DNA of 59,840 nt, counting the filler, from Sphacelaria rigidula (Eukaryota): assembly GCA_964200075.2 (NCBI GenBank). It is 10 parts of 10 records of this genome, joined end to end, with 100 filler letters (N's around TTAATTAATTAA, not from the genome) between each part and the next. Parts side by side here need not be neighbours in the genome. Positions count along the whole stretch, not along the records: positions 47,953 to 53,846 come from CAXNAA020023676.1; positions 53,947 to 59,840 come from CAXNAA020023677.1; 8 more parts are not named here. One strand, 5' to 3'. Each line of letters begins with the position of its first letter. The first letter of the stretch is position 1. The notes under the pieces are model-generated. The model searched no databases, had not been told where the DNA came from, and saw nothing but the letters and a program-made list of their open reading frames with translations. Positions 51,018 through 59,840 of the stretch are shown piece after piece. The position numbers and the translations under genes are program-made.

Positions 51018-51370
51018 TGTACGAGCTGGGCCAGCCTAGAGGCGGATTTGAAGTTCGCAGGCCCATGCTCTTTAGTACATTTAGAGTTGGGCCCTAAAAT
51101 TTGGTATGGACAGTGCATAGGGCATAAGAAAAAAATTACTGAAGTACCAAAAGTTTTTTTTTTTTCATGAGTTAAGGGCATTTTGGTGATACCTGAAAAC
51201 CGATTATTGCCCTTAACTCATGAAAAAAAAAAACTTTTGGTACTTCAGTAATTTTTTTTTTATGCCCTATGCACTGTCCATACCAAATTTCAGGGCCCAA
51301 CTCTAAATGTATAGAAAGAGCATGGGCCTGCAAACTTCAAATCCGCCTCTACGCTGGCCCAGCTCGTACG
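51018..51370. mobile_element. 353-bp foldback MITE with a 9-bp target-site duplication (Mutator-like)
   Basis: Arms 51018-51180 and 51208-51370 nearly perfectly complementary; flanks ccttgtgaa / cattgtgaa. Confidence 0.9.
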
Positions 51371-54300
51371 CATTGTGAAAGTGGACGCTGGTCGATCGCA
51401 CAGTTTGCGGGGCAACCTACGGCCAATCACCTCGACAAGAAAATCCACGTCAAGCCACGTCACATCGGCTTCCGCTATGAAGTTTTCAGCGTCTACTCTG
51501 ACTTCCAAACGAAGTAGTCAGGAGTTGGTAGCTTTTCAAGCTCACTTTGTCGTACGAAGACCCACAATTTCACGCCGATTCTTTGAGGTTGACTCTGAAT
51601 ATTTGCACTCATATACATCTACACTGCTGGCGGGGAATTTTCATAACTTTCGATGGATGTTTTTTTCCTTCTCATTTCCCATTTTTTCGCAGGTTTTCGG
51701 GGGTCCCAAAAAGGCATGTTACTCGCCCAGACTCTCGGACGCCCACGAATAACTGGCGAAAAATACAACACATATTCAAAAATATCGTTCACTTAGAATT
51801 TCGAAATGCCCAATAGTATGTGTGCAAATTTCCAGATTTCAAGTCCGAGATTTGGCGTGAGCATTCGGGGATGAGTGAACATTCCACATGTCGAACAGCT
51901 CACGAGCTACCCATAAATCACTTTTTTATACTCCCAGCTGCAATCGATATCACGTACAGTGGTGTCCTCATTATGGTACGGTAAATATCAGATTAGTCGT
52001 AAGTCCAGCACGCTATACTAACATCAAATCTATTGCACTATACTGAGACCCCGCATTAGTGTGCTCTGTCAATCGGACACAAAGAAATAAATGAGCGAGT
52101 GTATCTCCCCCCCACCCTTTCCCACCCCCCCTCCTCCTTCGACGTCCCCGCTTTTTTTTTTCCGGCAGACCTGTCATTCTGGGAGTGTGCTGGCAGCTAG
52201 TGCGTTTGGCCGCCGTACAAAGAATCAACATCATCGACCGACCCGAGTTGTCCGGTATGTCGTTGCCAAAAAAATCACGTTGAAATACTCCCGATACAGG
52301 AAGCGTTCTTTCATGAGACGGGGAATATGGAGAAGTTTTTCCGGACCCTCACTATATCCAACAGAGTGTTCCTGGTACACAAACAGCGTGTGGATGTTGG
52401 CTGAAGCCCCAAATGTAACGCTAAGGCGTAGAAAAGAGAATCACGTCGGAAGCGCAAATACACTGTTATGCCTGTGAATAAAGGCCTCAACGACCAAAAA
52501 TCCGTTGCCCACAAAAGAGTTTAATGCGGACGGATATTAAAGACATCACAGGCTGATCGGGCCTGTGCCGAATCTCTGCCGAACATAACAAACGCTCCAT
52601 CCCAAGTTACCTAGGTTTAGTATGCGATAGCTGTAGTTTTTTCATCTTTACCATCTCGAGACAGGGAGCAAACCGGCTTCTGGAACTTCACAGCCCCCCG
52701 CACACACACTAGACGTGGTGAGTTTGTCGGCGGAGTTGCTCAATTCGCCACAGCGGATCCGAAAAGCTCCAGAACTTTGCAGGAAAGGCGTTTTTTAGTA
52801 CATTTTGTGTTTGATGTAGCGGTTTGCAAAATGCTGCGTCCTCCGCGGCCCGCGTACGGAAACCTCCTGCCAAATTCATTAGTTCTGGTGAGTGGGAAGC
52901 GCACGCATCAAACCGCAGTCCAATCCTCTGCGTCATTGCTGAGAAAATTGCGTTGAAAGATCAGCACAACAATATACCGCAACAAGATGAGCACAACAAC
53001 ACGAGCAGCATCTTTCATTCTCCTGTTGTCGTAACCCTATGTACAGGTGTACAGCTACATCAGTCACAGGTGTGTTGTAGAGTAATACTATAGCAAAAGT
53101 ACATTTTGTATGAGCGCCGTCGTCATTTCGAGTGATGCGTGTACTTGTGATTGATGCTGATTGGCTCATTTAGGTTTCATTTCTTCTGCAGTCAGCTGAC
53201 TGTGAAGTTGGTCGGTCCATTTTCACGGTATATAGTGCCCAAAATCGGGCCCCATTCACGGGCATAACTGTGTACCAACGTGGAGAGTGACATGCGAGGA
53301 AGACTAGGTGGTGACCCCTTTCCTATTATTATTGTTTTTTCATATTTCCTTCCTTTGGTTGGAAGTGTTTCATATCTGCACTGCCTCGTCAGGTTCTCTC
53401 CTTTTTTTTTCTGCCTTTTTTTTTCCTTTCTTAACCCTTTTGGGACTGAAGCTTACGAACACCACGTTCACGACGTGTTAGTAAAATAATAATAACCAAG
53501 TCTGGGAGCGACCTGTCCAATCAGGACGAGGCGAAATTTATCGACCACATCAAAACGACCAGTGGGGGGGGAGTGATGTCACTGCAAAGTTGGTGTACCC
53601 TGTCCCTGACCCACAGAAAAGCCTTCGAAGCAAAAGAAAGCCTACATTCTCGGGGACTGGATTCCCGAATTTTTCATCATTTACTTGCATTTTATGTAGG
53701 CCCGACCTCCCCTCCCCCGATTTTTTTTGGGTCACCATCCTATAGTAAATCCTAGTTGATAGCACTAACATGTCATGCTCGGGGGAAATGCAGGAATAAA
53801 TGTACCCCACTGCATATGCGGTCATGTTCACAAGGCGACTGAATCTNNNNNNNNNNNNNNNNNNNNNNNNNNNNNNNNNNNNNNNNNNNNTTAATTAATT
53901 AANNNNNNNNNNNNNNNNNNNNNNNNNNNNNNNNNNNNNNNNNNNNAAAAAAGGTTCCTTCCTGTCCTCTGGGGACAAAAAAAAAAAAATCTCTCAACCT
54001 GGAATCGCGCGGAAATGTGCCATTCTGAGATCGTTTCTTACGGTTTGTATTTTTAAACGGCACATTTCCCTCTTAAAGGATATTTTCACGATCTTTGGCT
54101 CCCAAACAGGGAATATCGCCGTCACGCGTCGTGGACACTTTGCATCACTCCCCCCCCCCAAAAGGCGTCATATTTCCATTCTTCCCATTCACTCCGCGCC
54201 GAGGTTTCGCGAATGGTCTCTGAACAAAAATACAGCGGGACCGAAAAATGCGGTAGAAAACACACCCTCCAGAAATACCGACAGAAGAAAATGGTCTAAA

Positions 54301-55329
54301 ACCTGGAGGTTCTTTCCATCAAACTTTCCCATACCCACAACTTTCGTCGTCGGGAAGTACATTTTCTGAAGTTTTATTCTAAACGCGGAACCCCGGTGTA
54401 CAGCGGTAGGGTCTGTAGGTTGTTGTTGCCACCTCATCAAATCTGTGTCAAACGTCCAAATCGGAAATGGAAATGAACAACGCGACGGGAAACAAGTTGT
54501 GCAAAAGAAACATGCCATTAAACGTGTTCAAAATCGGAATTTTTCGGGGGGAAATAGCATTTTCCCCCAATCGTTGCGAAGGCCTCTTCAGTAGTTTTTC
54601 CCTCACAAAAGGGCAAGAAATGAAGAGTGAAGTAGATCACATGGGAAAAAAAACAGCATACTTGCACAAGAGTTGTGTAGAGCAAACGTACTATCGGATC
54701 ACAGGATGACAGGTCCACAGGCATTTAGCAAAATCTTCAATCTTTCTACTACGATTCTTTGAAAAAGGGGTGGCTAATATAGAGGGGAATGGTAGGAGAC
54801 GAGGAGATATGACGGCATCGTGAACAGAATCAAAAAGTCTGTACACTCGTCCATGATATGCAGGGTTGATGGACGCTCGTTTGCTGAACTCGACCACAAC
54901 ACCTGAGAAACCACAAAAATTATTTCATGCGCGCCAGGTTGTGGTGGTGTTTAACGGTTTACAGTTTACAGGACGATGAAGTCGTAGTCAAACTACGTTC
55001 AGACAGAGTCGCGAAAATGCTCAAAGTAAGACGGTACTGCACTGGAATGTACAACGGGGTCATGTATATTAAAACGCGAACAAGCTTTCGGCGCTTCAAG
55101 CAGTCGAAGATCAAAAACCCAGGTTCGAAACCCAGCCGGAGCGACGAAACAGCCGGCATGTCTGCGGCAGCAGAGTGTCCGGGCAGGCAACATCACTGGA
55201 ACAGCAACCTCGCCAAGGCTGAGAGCACCGTACGACGTCATCTGGCAAACGCTGCAAGCTTTGATGATGCAGGGTGAGCAGCGCTCATTTACAACCGTGT
55301 GAGGAACTACCAACGTTGTTAAAGGAGAT

Positions 55330-58300
55330 CTACTCGATGTCCGGCGGTTGCGACCACGGCACCAACTTGAGCTGCGGCAATTCTTCCTGGATGTTTGCTA
55401 GCTTCCACTCGTTGCGGAAAAGGAGCACCGGTCGCCCGAACTTATCTTGAGCAACGAAGATGCCAAACAGCTTGCCGTCCTTCTGCAGAATTAGAAAAAC
55501 ACAACGCCGTGGAGGTTGAACGGATAAAAGCGTCCGTGCTCGTCGGTCACTACGCACGCATCTACATCATGCAACAGTTGCTTGAGAGAAAACACGGACC
55601 AAAAGGAACGGGAACCGAGAAGTATATCTCGAAGGTGCTCGTGCACATATGCTGCGTCCAACACCCCTACCTGATTCAATATGCTGACTCAAAAGTTGTA
55701 CACAACGTTCATTCCAACAGTGGTACAGCACTACACTGTCCTTGCCAATCCCACTGTACTTCGTGGTAAAGGGAGACTACCTTCAACACTTGATTTTGAC
55801 AAGACTGTTAAGATTGAGACAATAGTTCACGACTTGCTTAAAAATATGCGCGTCGGACGTACAACTGTATAATTTCCCGTACTGCTCAACTTTTTGCCTG
55901 CAATACGTGAGGTGCGACTACTAGTAGGCAACGTCTCCGGAAGGTTGCCAACAACAGCTAAGACATATCACGCTTCCTCACCGACGGACCGGTCCTATTG
56001 ATAGTGAGGATTGAGAGTTAGTCTCGGCATTACTGCAACGCCTAATCCCGCCGTTGCAAGTGAACGACCGAACGCTGCAAATCTGGCATAAGCCTATAAC
56101 CCACCGTGGCCTCGTCGATGCACTCCCAACCGCCTTCGGCCCAACGTGCCGTCTTGTATCCACTTAATGGCTCAAGGATGGTATCCACGCCGTACTCTTG
56201 TTTCATACGATGTTGCACCACTGCAAAAACCGAGCAGGTTCAACATGCGTGTACGGGAACAGCACCGAGGGTTGTTTTTAATATGAGGCAGCTGCAACGT
56301 GACAAACATTCCAGAGCACAGTCAATATGTCTCGTCTCCTTTCACTTCGCTCTATAGCTTGGGATGCTGAGTATACAGTGGGGTGTGCAGAATAGCTACA
56401 ATGACCTGCGCACAAGTTTTTTCAGTCGAACATCGGGGAGTCTGGTTCGACCGCTCATTATCTTGGGACGGCAGACACAGACTTCACACAAAGTTCCTTG
56501 ACGCCAAACACACGTCGATTTGTGCCCAAACTCACCATCGAACTGAAGCGTACCCACTGCCGCCAATATTGGGTTGCCGTTGCCGTCATCCGACCGTTCT
56601 CGCAGCATCTGGACAGCACCCTCCTCTAACAACTGCGCAGTAAACGAAACCGATAACAGCGGCACGCGTCAGAGGGAGCCGAAGCACGGGAGCGCATAGA
56701 CGGAACCGCGGATGTTGCTCTCTGCGACAGAATGTACGCCGACTACACGAGCATGACCTCACCTGATCCAGCCCCTTGCGGTAGTTCTTGTATTTGCTGG
56801 GGTTTGGATTTCGCATGTAGGCGAAGCATTCGGGGCTGAAAGAAGGAATCCCAGGGAATCGCACTTTGGTGCTACCAGTGAAAATGGTATCACCAATAGC
56901 GAAGTGGCCCGGGTTGTTGATGCCGATGACATCTCCAGGGTACGCCGCCTGCGGGCAGGCATCGGTACCATCGACAGAGTTGAGAACGGAGTGATGATTT
57001 CCACGGTCCTCTAGGAGACTTGAGCACGGCACAGGGGTGAAACAATCGACAGCAAGATCGTCAAACGAGTAGTTCATGGGTCATGTGGCTGCGGGTGTTA
57101 TTGTGTTGGCAGCATGCACTCATGCGCGTGGAGCTTTTAGCTAGACTCGCCGGTCAATCATTTGCGGACATTAGGATTCATCACGGCATCATCATTCACA
57201 TCGGGTCAACACTCACTTGCACGGTTTCCCGCTCTTGTGCAAACAATTGTTGTGCTTGCGCCAGTGCCACCTGCTTCCCCTTCATGCGGCTGTGCTGCAC
57301 CTGGGGAATTTCAAACAAACCAAGACGAGTAAGCCTCTTTTCAACCACACGCAGGAACACGAATATGGTGTATCAAGGTCTTCGTCAGTCACCCTCAGAG
57401 CACCCAATACCAAACATCTGAACCGTGACGCTGCATACCGACTGTTCGAGCCTCAGCGTGTTGAGCATATCCTCCGTGTCGGTACGACGACCAATCGCGA
57501 AAAGCCGATGGCCACCGTGAGAAGATTCTACATTCACACTGTCCATGTGCTTGAATTGGTGATTACATCACATAAAAAGAAGCAATAACGGAAGACTCGT
57601 ACCTTCATGCCCTTCTCGTAGCGGCCTGAAACCACCCGAATATACGCAAGACGGTCCCGGTGTCGTGGATCCAGGTTGGCTTGAAGTTTGAAAACGAACG
57701 CCGTGAACTCGTCATAGTCTGGAGCCACATATTCAGCCTTGGAGATCAGTGTGCAAAAAACAGAAAATGGGCAAAGATAGCACACACCGGTTATTGGCAG
57801 CGACAAACGTATTTTGGGCGCCGGCATGGAAAAAATGACGACACGTGAACAGTTGATGCAACTGCCAAGTGGATTGCGTTTATCACGACGCTTATTCGGA
57901 ATTCATAGCAAAAAAATACGTGACAGCAAAATGAAATGCGTCTGGTACTGTTTGTGTGCAAGATTGTATGCACAAAAAAACTAGGTAAGCACTACCATAA
58001 CTTTTGACGAGATGAGTCTATTCTTCGGTAAAACCGGATGGACAACTTGCAGGATACCTGGCAATCGTGATTCTGTAGTTTCAGAAGGTGACCGAATAAC
58101 GCTTTGTGTGTTTATAAAAATATACACCGAAGTACGTGGCATACAACTCCTGGTGATTCTCACCCCCGCTTCTCTCGAGGCCGGCTTTTGCCCAATAGTC
58201 AGGAAGCGCTTGAGAAAAAGTTCGACGCCAAAGTTGGTCATTGCTGACCCGAAGAACATGGGGCTCTGTGCGCCGGTCAGAACCCGATCCATGTCCAGTG

Positions 58301-59014
58301 GTTCCACGAGCCTGAGTCGAACACGGGAAAGTATGTAGACATGCAGATGAGCCACCAAAACACCTAATGAAACATGTGGCTGAATTAATTAATCTAACTT
58401 AGCCGACATGGAACAGGAACACGACACTAAAAACATGCTCCTCTCACCGAATATGACTCACTCATTCAGCATCTCCACATCTTCCAATAATTGCTCGAAC
58501 AGCTCTTCTGTGATCAGCCCAGGAAGTCTTGGGTCGTCCAACGGCAGTTGACCCATATCTGTGGCCTTTTTCGTGCGGCCAGCCTTCTCGAATAGGTGGA
58601 CAAGACTTGTTTCGCGGTCCAGTACACCCTACTGGGGGCGGATCAAGGGCGCATTCGAAGCAATTGTGGTGACACGCCGCTGCAACTGCAAGTGGTCCAA
58701 ATGTACATAGTGAAGGTTTTTAGGGCTGCGGAATCCGTGAGAAAATCCAACGGTAACCCGACCACTGTGTAATGACTCGCACAGTGGAAGCACACGTAAT
58801 CCATGTGGCGGTGCGTGTATGTCAACGCGCAATAAAATGCAACTTATTCTGGCTGCACCTTAAACCGCTCTCCGTCGCCGATTGGCCATAACACCGGGGC
58901 CATTTTCATACCAAACTCCCTCTCGATTTGATCCAAAAGCTCGAAGGGACTCAATGACGGCCTATCCATCTTGTTCACGAACGTGAAGATGGGCAGCTCT
59001 CTCAGCTTGCACAC
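55330..59014 (-). CDS. prfC: Bacterial-type peptide chain release factor 3 (organellar, probably plastid), nine 3' exons: 59014-58859, 58628-58462, 58311-58164, 57737-57603, 57300-57217, 56948-56763, 56632-56536, 56220-56105, 55482-55330; 5' exons not found in this piece
   Basis: [111 protein letters not shown]; all eight introns GT-AG and phase-consistent. Confidence 0.96.
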
Positions 59015-59643
59015 CTGTCGCAAAGACATGAAGGTTGAAGAGTACATATGACAATGCGTTCGTGAGATTGAGAGTAGAGCGCTAAATGAGAGTGGGCTTT
59101 ATCATTCGCTTTCACTGGCCAATTTTTCATTCCGTGCGTGCTTTTCTTTGCCTGCATCACTGGCGTGTGCTTACAGCTGGACGTTGATATCCTACTCAGG
59201 GATATCAAGGGCTTCAGTGGCAAGCTACTACAGGCTGGACCGCCAAAGAAACGGACTTTCCTTCAGACCGTTCTAACTGACGGTATATCGCGAGTTGTGC
59301 CTACTATGACACATCGTGGTGATTTGCAAATCAGAGGTCGTCTTTCAATTCACGTAGCACTACGATCCGACAAGTTCCCATCAAACGAAATACCAAACTG
59401 TAGCCAGCTGCGAAGTGTAGAGAGTTGAGGGTGGGATGTGAGGCGGAATTAGGGCAAGAAACGGCTGAAATCGTATTTTCGGTTACAGTCGGTTGTGCCG
59501 CGGCCACAAAGTGGTGGTGCTGCACCAGCTGTGATTGTACAACATTGCATGTCGTACTGCAGGTGCACAGTGTCTGAGATGGCACGCAGACAAAGCCTCC
59601 AGCGCGCCGAGGCGTCTGATGGTCGTGTACAACCAGCCGCCGC

Positions 59644-59712
59644 GCCCCGGTGGTGTAATGGTCCGACTGTCGCCGTTAGGGTGGAGAGAAGGGGGGTTCA
59701 ATTCCCGATGCG
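59644..59712 (+). other. tRNA-derived pseudogene or SINE head with Pol III A and B boxes
   Basis: TGGTGTAATGG at 59651 and GGTTCAATTCC at 59695; no acceptor-stem pairing. Confidence 0.45.
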
Positions 59713-59840
59713 TTGAGTATTTCTTCGTAATGTATGATTTCCACGGTGGAAAGCGTGAGAACGTGAATAAACAAAGTAGTCGACGACTAGGTTGGTGTGA
59801 CGTGAGTTGACGCGGTGCGTGAGTGCTGACCCAATCCAGA

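Overview
Eukaryotic, repeat-rich DNA, most likely from a brown alga (Phaeophyceae). That assignment is an inference from the intron style, a TTAGGG array, a bipartite plastid-targeting peptide, a nuclear bacterial-type RF3 gene and the LINE/LTR families present. The window is not one locus: it is ten unrelated pieces of exactly 5,894 bp joined by nine artificial 100-bp spacers (N44-TTAATTAATTAA-N44). Host genes: a complete 3-exon gene fusing CP (heme-regulatory-like) motifs, a cytochrome b5/MAPR-type domain and ankyrin repeats; nine 3' exons of release factor 3; and partial HAD-like and plastid-targeted genes. The rest is decayed LINE, copia and gypsy sequence, MITEs/foldbacks and microsatellites. 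The most unusual signals are: (i) a ~65-nt LINE-3'-end unit with conserved stem-loops that sits at C-tracts, once with a ~19-bp target-site duplication in frame inside a copia gag; (ii) a ~600-bp hairpin made from the 5' end of a gypsy gag (Mu-killer-like); (iii) the 3' half of a tRNA-Ser, with CCA, fused to a solo LTR; and (iv) the CP/MAPR/ankyrin protein. All calls come from reading the sequence; no searches were run.
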